Below are positions 36,017 through 46,270 of a DNA stretch of 50,745 bases, piece by piece. A program made the translations under genes and the position numbers. Within the stretch, counting starts at the first letter, position 1, and each line of letters begins with the position of its first letter. The notes beneath the pieces were generated by a model that made no database searches, had not been told where the DNA came from, and was given only the letters and a program-made list of their open reading frames with translations. This stretch comes from Chitinophagales bacterium (GTDB lineage Bacteria; Bacteroidota; Bacteroidia; Chitinophagales; JANQFB01): positions 1 through 50,745 of the forward strand of contig JANQFB010000325.1 in NCBI GenBank assembly GCA_028278085.1, in the 5' to 3' direction.

Positions 36017-37972
36017 ATGAAACGAAGTATTGTCCTAATCATTTCCTTGTTGTTTTGGAATGGTCTGTTGGCTAACATGATGAATCATCGGATAGCAATA
36101 AAACCCTGGCCTCACTTTTTATCCGGCCAGGCATTCCTTACCATGCATCTCCCGGCGAAAGATTCTTATAATAAATGTATCAAAGAAGGGGATGCGGCCT
36201 ACCAGGCTAAGAATTACAGGTCTGCGAAAGTATGGTATCAGAAGGCAGCAGAACTCAAGCCGGATGAGTACTATCCCAAACAGATGTTGGAAAGCATCAA
36301 AGCCATTGAAGACGACCGCGCCAAAGAAAAGGCTTTCAAAGCATTCCTGGGTAAGGCCAATGCTGCCTTTAAAGCCGCCAAATACGATACGGCGGAAATT
36401 TTGTATAACCAGGCCTTGCTGAAGGATCCCGAAAGTAAGACCATTAATCAGCGCCTGGAATCCATTGCCAATAAACGGAAACGATACAAAGAGCTGATGG
36501 AGGAGGCCCAAACGGAACTGGGCCAACCGAAACCGGATTATGCCAAGATCAAAAGCGCATTGACAGATGCGCAGACCACCTGGCCCAAAGCCACGGAACC
36601 CCAGAAAATGCTGGATGTCATCGCCCGTGTGGAATCCGGGAAAGTCAAGCCCCAAAAATCACTGGAGGAGGGCGCTAATTTTTATAACCAGGGTCGATAC
36701 GAGCAGGCGGAATCCAAATTTACCGAAGTCATTTATGCCGATCCCGGTAATCATAAGGCTTATGAATTCCGGGGGATGACGAGGAGAAACCTGGGTGACC
36801 ATCAGGCTGCAGCAGGGGATTTTGACAAAGCCATCGCCATTAAGGTGGAAGATCATAACATCTACCACAAGCTGGGCTGGGCCAAAATGGCGGCGGATGA
36901 TTCCACCGGCTTGATTGCGGTGTGGAGTCAAGCCATTGCCATGCAGCCCGATGATTCCATTGCTTATATAGAGCGGGCTAAAACAAAGCAATATTACCGG
37001 CAAGACTATACCGGCGCCATCAAAGACCTCGATAAGGCCGTGAAGATCGCCCCGGAATACGGTGAAGCATATTACTTACGCGGCTATATGAATAAGCTAA
37101 CAGGAAATTTCAAGCAGGCAAAAGTCGACTATAACATGGCCTTGAAACTGGGGTATAATGACAAAGAGTTCATTAACCGGGAATTAAGGGAAATGGAAAC
37201 CATTGAAGAACGGAAAACCGCCAGCGCCAAGAGAGCTGAAGATCGGCAAAAGATGAAATCCCATAAAGGGCCCACCAAAGAGATGAAGATCTTATCGGCA
37301 AAAGCCAATATCAGGAATTCGAAATTTAGTTTCGGGGAAACCGATAAGAATATCATTGCCAGGCTCCAATTCGGGAATTCGGTGGAAGTCAAATCACAAG
37401 ACGAGGAATGGGCTACCCTTGTTTACGAAGGGAAAGAACGGTTTACCCTGGTGGAAAATATAGGAACGGCTGAAGATTTCACGGCTATTGAAAAGGTCCT
37501 GGCTAATCCCGATGCCGCCAAAGTGCTCAACCGGGGTCATTATCGCCTGGCGGTAAAAAACTATATTGCCAAACAACCCAATAAATGGCAGGTTTATGGG
37601 CAACCGGAATCTTCCAGGTTCAATAAAGCCGTCGAAGGCCGGTTTTCCCTGCCCAGGGAAATGGATATTGCCTGTATCATTGAAACGCAGGGCAGGGGCC
37701 GGTTGCTGGTATTCAATTTCGGAGAGACCAATCAAGCGGATTTGGTTTTCTCCAAAGACCTACCGGACGAATTCCATATGTGGAAAGTGCCCAAAGGCTC
37801 GAGAGGAACCCGGTGGGTCAATGCCGAATTTAAAAAGCTCCCTGGCAAGATGGCTGCAAAACTGGAGGTTTATGACGCTATATATGTCAAACCCGTGAAG
37901 GAAGGAACAGGCCAAAAAGGTTTTTTGATCCTGTACGATGGGTTTGAGTTCCAGGAATTTATCAAAAAGTAA
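36017..37972 (+). CDS. Exported TPR-repeat protein with SH3b-like domain (likely ATG 36017)
   Basis: Signal peptide MKRSIVLIISLLF; many TPRs; ANIRNS...IIARLQFGNSVEV...EEWA SH3b-like segment. Confidence 0.75.
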   Translation: MKRSIVLIISLLFWNGLLANMMNHRIAIKPWPHFLSGQAFLTMHLPAKDSYNKCIKEGDAAYQAKNYRSAKVWYQKAAELKPDEYYPKQMLESIKAIEDDRAKEKAFKAFLGKANAAFKAAKYDTAEILYNQALLKDPESKTINQRLESIANKRKRYKELMEEAQTELGQPKPDYAKIKSALTDAQTTWPKATEPQKMLDVIARVESGKVKPQKSLEEGANFYNQGRYEQAESKFTEVIYADPGNHKAYEFRGMTRRNLGDHQAAAGDFDKAIAIKVEDHNIYHKLGWAKMAADDSTGLIAVWSQAIAMQPDDSIAYIERAKTKQYYRQDYTGAIKDLDKAVKIAPEYGEAYYLRGYMNKLTGNFKQAKVDYNMALKLGYNDKEFINRELREMETIEERKTASAKRAEDRQKMKSHKGPTKEMKILSAKANIRNSKFSFGETDKNIIARLQFGNSVEVKSQDEEWATLVYEGKERFTLVENIGTAEDFTAIEKVLANPDAAKVLNRGHYRLAVKNYIAKQPNKWQVYGQPESSRFNKAVEGRFSLPREMDIACIIETQGRGRLLVFNFGETNQADLVFSKDLPDEFHMWKVPKGSRGTRWVNAEFKKLPGKMAAKLEVYDAIYVKPVKEGTGQKGFLILYDGFEFQEFIKK

Positions 37973-38015
37973 ATATTTTGCCGGGATACCACGATCATTT
38001 ATTCCGGATCCGGAT

Positions 38016-38066
38016 AAAAAAAGCCCGGCTTGCCAGGCGTTTATCTTTCCTAAGCAAGCTGAGCTT
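38016..38066 (-). terminator. Hairpin with T-tract between convergent genes
   Basis: AAGCCCGGCTTGC / GCAAGCTGAGCTT imperfect stem, preceded on the plus strand by an A-run. Confidence 0.4.
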
Positions 38067-38087
38067 AATTGTATATTCGGATCTCGC

Positions 38088-39326
38088 CTAAAGTCCGGAT
38101 CCGCCGTTTAAATATACCTTCTTAGTCACCATACCTTTTGGGGTCTCGATTACGGTTATATAGAGACCTGAATTGATATCACGCATCACAACCCTGTTGC
38201 GTGGCTGGTTCTGGACATTTTGATGGATCATCTGCCCCTGGGCATTGAAAACCTTGATCACGGCAGGTAAATTTCCCGGTTGATCAAAATCGACCGCGAT
38301 AGTGTTGTGAACACGATATACCCGGATATCATTGTCCAGAGGAATGGGATCGGCAACATTCATAATTACCCCATCTTTTAAGGTAATCTCATCCGATGGA
38401 TCTGATAAAGTATTCATCGTCGCTTGGGTTCCGTCAGCTACCGATAAAACAAAAATTTTATACGGCGTATCATTTTCAATAGGGTCGCCATTCCTATCCA
38501 GTGATTCAAAGCTCTGGGAAATATTGGCCCCTGTTTTATCAACCCTTGTATACCAGCCTGACATAAGAGCACTGGCCGTACCAACATCGAAAGCACCGGC
38601 ATCGGCTGCCTTGACGGCTATAACCCTGTAATGATCCACTTTATTTTCGTCGGCAGCCTTATCAAAGGATACCTGAAGATCACTCTTATCCCCATTGTCA
38701 CCGATATCTGCTACAGACAAATTGGAAATAGCGCCGGCCGAAATGACCGCCCCACCGGTAGCTCCGGCTAAAATGGATTGATCGGGTATATCCTCGAAGG
38801 CATAATCCTTTATCGTGAATTCATCGGCAAAGCTGTGAACATCCAGTCGGGCCCAGCCATAATGAATATTACCCCCTACTTCCAATTGCAATCCCATATA
38901 CTTATCGACGGCGCCACCCCATTGTCCGCCACCGCCATAAGAATAGGAGGTAAAACTCTTGAGTAGCCCTCCTTCGCCCCAATCCCAGGTGGAGAAAGGC
39001 CCAAGATAGGTTCCGATGTTTACATTATGGTCTAATTCTATGATTTTGCCAGAGTCCCATAGACACTTGTTCTGATTTTGGGCATCGACCGATATTTTTT
39101 TAACTGGAATACCAACAGTCGTAAAGGTGCTGTATGTGATCTTATAATCAATCGTACCGTCATTATTCAGGTCCAGTTCATATTCGTCGCCATTGCTGTT
39201 GTAAGTTACGTCAGGATCGATATCCGTGTACTGAATAGCCCCCTGTGCGGGCTGTATCATTCCAACCAGTGTTCCGGCAATGGCAGAGTAAGCGCTTAAA
39301 TGTTTTCGTAAAAGTTTTTTCTTCAT
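38088..39326 (-). CDS. Secreted protein with T9SS-like C-terminal domain (likely ATG 39326)
   Basis: Signal peptide; DLNNDGTIDY Ca-binding-like motif; YGWARLDV; C-terminal IKVFNAQGQ...SGLYI...KKVY. Confidence 0.75.
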   Translation of the reverse strand: MKKKLLRKHLSAYSAIAGTLVGMIQPAQGAIQYTDIDPDVTYNSNGDEYELDLNNDGTIDYKITYSTFTTVGIPVKKISVDAQNQNKCLWDSGKIIELDHNVNIGTYLGPFSTWDWGEGGLLKSFTSYSYGGGGQWGGAVDKYMGLQLEVGGNIHYGWARLDVHSFADEFTIKDYAFEDIPDQSILAGATGGAVISAGAISNLSVADIGDNGDKSDLQVSFDKAADENKVDHYRVIAVKAADAGAFDVGTASALMSGWYTRVDKTGANISQSFESLDRNGDPIENDTPYKIFVLSVADGTQATMNTLSDPSDEITLKDGVIMNVADPIPLDNDIRVYRVHNTIAVDFDQPGNLPAVIKVFNAQGQMIHQNVQNQPRNRVVMRDINSGLYITVIETPKGMVTKKVYLNGGSGL

Positions 39327-39632
39327 AATAAATTTTGTGTTAAGAAATCTTATAAACCGACTAGCCAACTGTATAGATAAATCAAAATTTAGCCGTCAGT
39401 CACAAATATATCTCCGTCGTTATCCTGAAAAAACAACGAATTCATAATCGGTCGGAATTTGATTGGATTGGTGCAAGTTGGCTTTGAATTCGGATTACCC
39501 GCCCAGATAGATCCTGATGTTCGGCAAAGACCATGGTTCGTGCCCCCACCACAAGACCTTTCCCTCCTAATCAATTGATAATCAAATCGGTAGTCTGTGG
39601 AAAACTTTTTTGAAAAAGAATTTTGGTTATTT

Positions 39633-39656
39633 GTGGTAAAAAGTGGTAATTTGTGG
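39633..39656 (+). promoter_or_regulatory. MraZ operator (GTGG repeats with 10-bp period)
   Basis: GTGG at 39633, 39643 and 39653 directly upstream of mraZ; matches the established MraZ binding-repeat arrangement. Confidence 0.75.
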
Positions 39657-39678
39657 GAGATTTCGAAATCATTTAGGA

Positions 39679-40140
39679 ATGACGCGCTTTCTGGGGGAAT
39701 ACGATTGCAAAATCGATGCAAAAGGCCGGGTTATGATGCCTACGGCCCTAATGAGGCAATTGCCTCCGGAAGCACAGGAGCGATTCGTGATCAACAGGGG
39801 CTTTGAGCAATGCATAACCCTTTATCCCTTCAATGAATGGGAATTGATCAGCGCGGAAGTGAATCAATTGAATCTATATGTGAAAAAGAACCGGGATTTT
39901 GTCCGCTACTTCTATCGGGGAGCTACGGAATTAGGGCTGGACGGGCACAATCGCCTGCTGATCCCGAAAAGGTTGATCGAATATGCCAAGATTGCCAAGG
40001 AGCTGGTTTTGTTTGCCTATTCCAACAGGATTGAGATCTGGGCCAAAGACCTGTACGACAACCTGTTGACCGATGAGCCGGAAGACTTCGCAAACCTGGC
40101 CGAAGAGGTTATGGGAGACAAAAACGAGGAACAAGAGTAG
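39679..40140 (+). CDS. mraZ: Division/cell-wall cluster transcriptional repressor MraZ (ATG 39679)
   Basis: FLGEYDCKIDAKGRV and LDGHNRLLIP repeated motifs; first gene of the dcw cluster. Confidence 0.96.
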   Translation: MTRFLGEYDCKIDAKGRVMMPTALMRQLPPEAQERFVINRGFEQCITLYPFNEWELISAEVNQLNLYVKKNRDFVRYFYRGATELGLDGHNRLLIPKRLIEYAKIAKELVLFAYSNRIEIWAKDLYDNLLTDEPEDFANLAEEVMGDKNEEQE

Positions 40141-40184
40141 CGCCATAATTATGGGGATTCTGCGAACTAAACCAACCATCGACA

Positions 40185-41090
40185 TTGGCTGCCAAATATC
40201 ATGATCCGGTATTGCTGCATACATGTGTGGAAGGGTTGGCCATAAAGGAAAACGGGATCTATGTCGACGCCACCTTTGGAGGCGGAGGTCATAGCAAAGC
40301 GATCCTGGAACACTTGAAAAACGGAAAACTGATCGCATTCGACCAGGATAAGGATGCGGTACAAAACATTTGGGATGATGAAAGATTGTTATTGATCCGC
40401 CAAAACTTCAGGTACTTGAAGCAATACTTACGGCTGCACCACATTGAACAAGTAGATGGCATTTTAGCTGACCTGGGTATTTCCTCCCATCAGATCGACA
40501 CGCCTGAACGGGGATTCTCTACCCGTTTTGATGCGGCCCTTGACATGCGGATGAACCAATCTACCGGGATAACCGCCCGCGAGATCCTTAACCAATACAC
40601 TACTGCTCAGCTACAGGATATTTTCAGCCGCTATGGGGAGATCCGGAATGCCAAAACGCTGGCTGCGGCGATCAGATCCGCCAGAGAAGTGAGGCCAATT
40701 GTTACCGGGGGCGATCTTAAAGCGATCATTGATCCGCTGGTGAAAGAAAGGAGGCAAAAATATTTTGCCCAGGTCTACCAGGCCTTACGCATTGAAGTGA
40801 ACGACGAAGTCGGGGCCCTGTGTGATTTCCTCAACCAAAGTGTGGAAGTGCTAAAACCCGGAGGCAGGTTGGTTGTGATCTCCTATCATTCCCTGGAAGA
40901 CAGGCTGGTCAAGAATATGATCAAAAGAGGCAATCTCGAAGGAGAGGTTGAAAAAGACTTTTACGGAAGGCCTTATTTCCCGCTGACACCTGTAAATAAA
41001 AGACCCATCGTCCCCGACGGATCGGAGATCAGCAGGAACCCGAGGGCCAGAAGTGCAAAACTCAGGATCGCCATCAGGCAGGCAGGATGA
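40185..41090 (+). CDS. rsmH: 16S rRNA m4C1402 methyltransferase
   Basis: HDPVLL, DATFGGGGHS, DLGISSHQID, YHSLEDR, NPRARSAKLR. Confidence 0.97.
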   Translation: MAAKYHDPVLLHTCVEGLAIKENGIYVDATFGGGGHSKAILEHLKNGKLIAFDQDKDAVQNIWDDERLLLIRQNFRYLKQYLRLHHIEQVDGILADLGISSHQIDTPERGFSTRFDAALDMRMNQSTGITAREILNQYTTAQLQDIFSRYGEIRNAKTLAAAIRSAREVRPIVTGGDLKAIIDPLVKERRQKYFAQVYQALRIEVNDEVGALCDFLNQSVEVLKPGGRLVVISYHSLEDRLVKNMIKRGNLEGEVEKDFYGRPYFPLTPVNKRPIVPDGSEISRNPRARSAKLRIAIRQAG

Positions 41091-41443
41091 ATACTTATAA
41101 AAATACCGTCAGCGGCAAGCGGGCCAAAGCCACCAGGTTTTTGGAACTGCTGGATATCGGCTACTACCTGAGCTATGAGAAGGTATTTGGCAACCTGGCC
41201 TTCCTGCTTTTCGGGGTGGTATTGGCCATGTTCTATATCTGGAATTCGCACCAAACGGAGAAGATGATCCGGGAAATGAATAAAATGAACAAAGATCTGA
41301 AAGAATTGAGGTGGGAATATATGAGTAAAAAGTCAGAGCTCATGTTCAGGAGCAAGCAATCCGAGGTGGCGCGAAGTGTGGCTCCCCTGGGCATCATGGA
41401 ATTAAGAACCCCACCTAAGAAAATCCAGGTCTTCCCGAAATGA
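41087..41443 (+). CDS. ftsL: Cell division protein FtsL-like
   Basis: Single TM plus coiled coil, located between rsmH and ftsI. Confidence 0.85.
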   Translation: MNTYKNTVSGKRAKATRFLELLDIGYYLSYEKVFGNLAFLLFGVVLAMFYIWNSHQTEKMIREMNKMNKDLKELRWEYMSKKSELMFRSKQSEVARSVAPLGIMELRTPPKKIQVFPK

Positions 41444-43536
41444 GCATTAAGAAAGACATATTATGGCGGGTTTACCTGGTATTTGGGCTGATAGGGGTAG
41501 GGGCGCTGTCTATCATTTTTCAGGCCTTTAAGGTGCAAACGATGGAAGGCGGCTATTGGCGGTCGATGGCCGACAGTCTCACCACCGCCTACCGGACCAT
41601 TGAAGCGGAAAGGGGTAATGTTTATGCGGAAGATGGAAGCCTGCTGGCAACTTCACTGCCATTTTTCGAAGTGCGGATGGATTTGAAAACAGAAGCCCTG
41701 ACCGCGGAGATCTTCAATAGTCATGTCGACTCCCTGGCCTGGTACCTGGCCGAATTCGATCAAAGCCGGACACAACCGGAGTGGAAACGGAAACTGATCA
41801 ATGAACGGAATGAAGGAGAGCGTTTCCTGCTGATCCACCGGAAAGTCTCCTACCCGGATCTGCTTAAAATGAAGCAGTGGCCATTGTTCCGCCTGGGTAA
41901 ATACAAGGGGGGCTTCATTTCATTTCAGCAAAACAAACGGGTAACGCCATTCCGCTTGCTGGCCCATCGGACCATCGGCTATGTCAGGGAAGGTATTCAA
42001 CCGGTTGGTCTTGAAGGAGCCTTTGATGAATACCTGGCCGGTGTGCATGGTATCCGGCTCGTGCAAAAAGTTACCGGCGGGATTGAAGTACCGATCAATG
42101 ACAATAATGAGATAGAACCGGAAAACGGGATGGATATCATATCAACCATCGATATCAACCTGCAGGATGTCGCCGAAGATGCCCTCTACCGGGCTATTCA
42201 GGATCACAAAGCCGACCATGGTTGTGTGGTGCTGATGGAAGTTTCGACCGGAAAGATCAAGGCCATTGCCAACCTGGGGAGGTCCGGTGATGCCTTATGG
42301 GAGACCTATAATTACGCCGTCGGTGAAAGTACCGAGCCAGGATCGACTTTTAAACTCCTTTCGATGATCGCCTTGCTGGAAGCCGGGATGATCAGGATCA
42401 CAGACAGCGTCGATATAGAAAAAGGGGTCAAACAGTTTTACGACGAAACCATGAAAGATTCCGAGGAGCACGACTACCGGATGGTAACGGTGCAAAAGGC
42501 CTTTGAAATATCTTCAAATGTCGGCATCTCCAAGCTGATTGCAGCGCATTTCGGGAAAAAACCACAGGCCTTTATCAACCAGATCCGGTCCATGGATCTG
42601 CACCGGAAGACAGGAATAGAGATAGCCGGCGAGCCGGAACCGGTCATCAAAACGATCAAAGACGAGGATTGGAGCGGTATCAGTTTGCCCTGGATGTCGG
42701 TGGGTTATGAATTACAGTTTACGCCCTTGCAACTGCTCACGTTCTATAATGCCATTGCCAATAATGGTAAGATGGTCAAGCCCTACCTGGTAACAGCCGT
42801 GCAGGATTACGGCCGTGACCTGGTAACCTTCAAACCCCAGGTGATCAACGACAAGATCTGCTCCCCGTCCACCTTGAGGAATGTCAGGAATTTGCTGGAA
42901 GGAGTGGTGGAAAAAGGCACCGCCAGGAACATAAGATCCGCAAACTTCAAAATGGCTGGAAAAACAGGCACGGCCATGATCGCGGATCGCAAACACGGTT
43001 ACAAACAGGTCTATCAGTCCTCCTTTGCCGGCTATTTCCCGGCAGATAAGCCCCTGTATTCCTGTATCGTGGTGATCAATGCGCCGAAAAGCGGCCATTA
43101 CTACGGCAGTACGGTTGCTGCGCCGGTTTTCCGGGAGATCGCCGATAAGGTTTATTCCAATACCATAGAAATGCACCAACCGATCAACAATGATAAAAGC
43201 AAATACTATGCAAGCACCATTCCGGTAGCAAAGGCGGGCTTTAAGAATGAGGCGCGATATATCTATAATCAATTGGGAATATCCTTTTCCCAGCCTAACG
43301 GAGTGGATTGGGTGTGGTGCCGGAAGAAAGATAATTCCATTGAGATGAAAGAGCGGGAGTGGATCAAAAACCTCGTTCCCAATGTGTTGGGGATGGGCCT
43401 GAAAGATGCCCTCTACCTGCTGGAAAACGAAGGCCTCCGGGTAATGGTGGTTGGCAGAGGCCGGGTCAAAAAGCAATCTATCCCGCCGGGACTAAAAGCA
43501 AAAGATTACGAAACCATAACGATAGAATTAGGCTGA
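41440..43536 (+). CDS. ftsI: Peptidoglycan D,D-transpeptidase PBP3 with C-terminal PASTA domain
   Basis: EPGSTFK (SxxK), SSN, KTGT; VPNVLGMGLKDA PASTA. Confidence 0.93.
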   Translation: MSIKKDILWRVYLVFGLIGVGALSIIFQAFKVQTMEGGYWRSMADSLTTAYRTIEAERGNVYAEDGSLLATSLPFFEVRMDLKTEALTAEIFNSHVDSLAWYLAEFDQSRTQPEWKRKLINERNEGERFLLIHRKVSYPDLLKMKQWPLFRLGKYKGGFISFQQNKRVTPFRLLAHRTIGYVREGIQPVGLEGAFDEYLAGVHGIRLVQKVTGGIEVPINDNNEIEPENGMDIISTIDINLQDVAEDALYRAIQDHKADHGCVVLMEVSTGKIKAIANLGRSGDALWETYNYAVGESTEPGSTFKLLSMIALLEAGMIRITDSVDIEKGVKQFYDETMKDSEEHDYRMVTVQKAFEISSNVGISKLIAAHFGKKPQAFINQIRSMDLHRKTGIEIAGEPEPVIKTIKDEDWSGISLPWMSVGYELQFTPLQLLTFYNAIANNGKMVKPYLVTAVQDYGRDLVTFKPQVINDKICSPSTLRNVRNLLEGVVEKGTARNIRSANFKMAGKTGTAMIADRKHGYKQVYQSSFAGYFPADKPLYSCIVVINAPKSGHYYGSTVAAPVFREIADKVYSNTIEMHQPINNDKSKYYASTIPVAKAGFKNEARYIYNQLGISFSQPNGVDWVWCRKKDNSIEMKEREWIKNLVPNVLGMGLKDALYLLENEGLRVMVVGRGRVKKQSIPPGLKAKDYETITIELG

Positions 43537-45002
43537 TGCAACGGCTGAAAGACATATTATATAAAGCCCCCCTGGTCGATGTTGCCGGTTCTACCGATCT
43601 GCAAATTGCCAAAATATGCTTTGATTCCCGAAAGGTAGTGGCCGATACATTGTTTGTAGCGGTCAAAGGTTTGCAGACCGATGGGCATGAATATATCGCC
43701 GAGGCCATTAAAAAGGGTGCCGTAGCCATCGTTTGTGAGGAGTTCCCTAAAAATAGAGAGGAGCATATCGCCTATCTGAAGGTTAAAGACAGCGCTTATA
43801 CGCTGGGTATCATCGCTGACAACTTCTTTCATAATCCCTCGGCCCAACTTTCCCTGGTCGGGATAACCGGAACCAATGGTAAAACTACTGTCGCTACACT
43901 ATTGTACACCCTGTTCCAGGAATTGGGTCATAAATCAGGCCTTTTATCCACGGTCGAGAACCGCATCGGTAATGAGATCATCAATGCCACCCATACCACC
44001 CCCGATAGCATATCCCTAAATGCGATGATGGCGCAGATGGTCGCTTCGGGATGTACCTATTGCTTCATGGAGGTCAGTTCCCACGCCATCGATCAGAACA
44101 GGATTGCCGGCCTGAAATTCGATGGAGGGGTTTATACCAATATTTCCCACGATCACCTGGATTATCACCGCTCCTTCCAGGAATATATCAATACCAAAAA
44201 GCGCTTTTTCGACCATTTGCCCAAACAGGCATTTGCCCTGTCCAATATCGATGATAAGAAAGGACGGACGATGCTGCAAAACACGCCGGCCAAAGTCCAT
44301 ACCTATGGGTTGAGAGCGATGGGCGATTTCAAGGGGAAGATCAAAGAAAACAACTTTATAGGGCTGGTTATGGATATCGACGGAGAAGAATTGCACTCTC
44401 AACTGATCGGTGAATTCAATGCCTATAATTTGATGTCGGTCTACGCTACCGCCAGGTTGTTGAAAATGGACAAGCTGGAAACGCTGAAAAGCCTGAGCAA
44501 AATGAAAGCGGCTGAGGGGCGCTTCGACTATGTTTTTTCCAGGAAGGAAAAGATCATCGGCATCGTCGATTATGCCCATACGCCCGACGCGCTGAAAAAT
44601 GTATTGTCGACCATTAATAAAATAAAAGCCGGGAATGAAAAGGTGATCTCGGTATTCGGCTGCGGGGGTGACAGGGATAAGAAAAAGCGGCCCTTAATGG
44701 CCGAGATCGCTTGTAAGTTGAGTGATAATGTGATCCTGACCTCCGATAATCCCAGGAGCGAAGAGCCGTCCAAGATCATCAGGGATATGGAAAAGGATCT
44801 CTCCCCTAATCACCGGAAAAAAGTGCTGGCATTGATCGATAGAAAAGAAGCGATCAAAGTGGCCTGTACCATAGCCGAATCAGGAGATATCATTTTGGTA
44901 GCCGGAAAGGGGCATGAAAAATACCAGGAAACCAAAGGTCAAAAAGAGCCCTTCGATGATAAAAAAGTTTTAGCTGAAACATTCCGGGAATTAGGAAAAT
45001 AG
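43536..45002 (+). CDS. murE: UDP-MurNAc-Ala-Glu:meso-DAP ligase (ATG 43536 overlapping the ftsI stop)
   Basis: GITGTNGKTT, MEVSSH, DHLDYH, DYAHTPD, DNPR (DAP specificity), GKGHE. Confidence 0.96.
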   Translation: MQRLKDILYKAPLVDVAGSTDLQIAKICFDSRKVVADTLFVAVKGLQTDGHEYIAEAIKKGAVAIVCEEFPKNREEHIAYLKVKDSAYTLGIIADNFFHNPSAQLSLVGITGTNGKTTVATLLYTLFQELGHKSGLLSTVENRIGNEIINATHTTPDSISLNAMMAQMVASGCTYCFMEVSSHAIDQNRIAGLKFDGGVYTNISHDHLDYHRSFQEYINTKKRFFDHLPKQAFALSNIDDKKGRTMLQNTPAKVHTYGLRAMGDFKGKIKENNFIGLVMDIDGEELHSQLIGEFNAYNLMSVYATARLLKMDKLETLKSLSKMKAAEGRFDYVFSRKEKIIGIVDYAHTPDALKNVLSTINKIKAGNEKVISVFGCGGDRDKKKRPLMAEIACKLSDNVILTSDNPRSEEPSKIIRDMEKDLSPNHRKKVLALIDRKEAIKVACTIAESGDIILVAGKGHEKYQETKGQKEPFDDKKVLAETFRELGK

Positions 45003-45016
45003 CACCATAAACAGCC

Positions 45017-46267
45017 ATGTTTTATTATTTGTTTGATTTTTTGGATGAGCGGTTCGACCTGATCGGGGCGGGTGTATTTGAGTACATCTCCTTTCGGGCG
45101 GCTATGGCGGTGATCTTTTCATTGCTGATCTCCATGGTTTTCGGCAAAAGGATCATCGATCTGCTTCGCCGGCTGCAGGTGGGAGAGTCTGTCCGCGACC
45201 TGGGCCTGGATGGTCAGAAAGAAAAGGAAGGAACGCCTACCATGGGGGGATTGATCATCCTCGGTTCGATCCTGGTACCAACCCTCCTCTTCGCACAGAT
45301 CCATAACATCTATATCCTGCTGATGATCATCACAACAGTATGGATGGGGGCTATCGGTTTTATCGATGACTATATCAAGGTCTTCAAAAAAGATAAGAAA
45401 GGGCTTGCCGGTCGCTTCAAGGTATTGGGACAGGTAGGCCTCGGGGTTATTGTCGGGGCCACCATGTATTTCCATGAAGATATCGTCGTCAGGCAGGAAG
45501 TGGACATTAACCCTGTTACCGATGTCGACAACAAGCCCTACCAGATCAATGGCGAAAATGGCGTAGACCGGATCACCTATGATGTGAAGATCCCCGTAAC
45601 GACCATTCCGTTCGTGAAAAACAATGAATTCAACTATGCCTCTTTGCTGGCCTTCCTGGGCAACGGATATGCCAAATGGGCCTATTGGGTGTTTATCCCA
45701 TTGGTTATCCTGATCGTTACCGCTGTCTCCAACGGGGCAAATATGACCGATGGGCTCGACGGTTTAGCCACGGGTACCTCTGCGATAATCGGAGCGACCC
45801 TGGGTGTGTTTGCCTATGTATCGGGTAACGTCATCTTCTCCGATTATCTCAATATCATGTATATCCCCTTATCCGGGGAACTGGTCATATTTTCCGCAGC
45901 ATTTATCGGCGCCTGCGTCGGCTTCTTATGGTATAACTCCTATCCGGCCCAGGTCTTTATGGGCGACACGGGAAGCCTGGCCATCGGAGGGATCATCGCT
46001 GCGCTGGCTATTGTGGTCAGAAAGGAATTGTTGATACCTGTGCTATGCGGCATTTTCCTGGTAGAAAATGTTTCGGTCATGATCCAGGTGGGCTTTTTCA
46101 AATATACCAAACGGAAATACGGTGTGGGGCAAAGGATCTTCAAAATGGCACCCCTGCATCACCATTATCAGAAGATGGATTTTCATGAATCCAAGATCGT
46201 CACCCGCTTTTGGATCGTCGGCATTTTACTGGCCATTTTAACCATTGTAACCCTGAAGCTGAGATAA
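45017..46267 (+). CDS. mraY: Phospho-N-acetylmuramoyl-pentapeptide transferase
   Basis: [38 protein letters not shown]. Confidence 0.97.
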   Translation: MFYYLFDFLDERFDLIGAGVFEYISFRAAMAVIFSLLISMVFGKRIIDLLRRLQVGESVRDLGLDGQKEKEGTPTMGGLIILGSILVPTLLFAQIHNIYILLMIITTVWMGAIGFIDDYIKVFKKDKKGLAGRFKVLGQVGLGVIVGATMYFHEDIVVRQEVDINPVTDVDNKPYQINGENGVDRITYDVKIPVTTIPFVKNNEFNYASLLAFLGNGYAKWAYWVFIPLVILIVTAVSNGANMTDGLDGLATGTSAIIGATLGVFAYVSGNVIFSDYLNIMYIPLSGELVIFSAAFIGACVGFLWYNSYPAQVFMGDTGSLAIGGIIAALAIVVRKELLIPVLCGIFLVENVSVMIQVGFFKYTKRKYGVGQRIFKMAPLHHHYQKMDFHESKIVTRFWIVGILLAILTIVTLKLR

Positions 46268-46270
46268 TAC

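Noticed and set aside
43359-43535. N-terminal extension of MurE in the ORF track
   Set aside because: It overlaps ftsI in another frame; the ATG at 43536 overlapping the ftsI stop gives a normal MurE start.
43536-45017. Missing murF between murE and mraY as an anomaly
   Set aside because: murF is normally located outside the dcw cluster in Bacteroidota.
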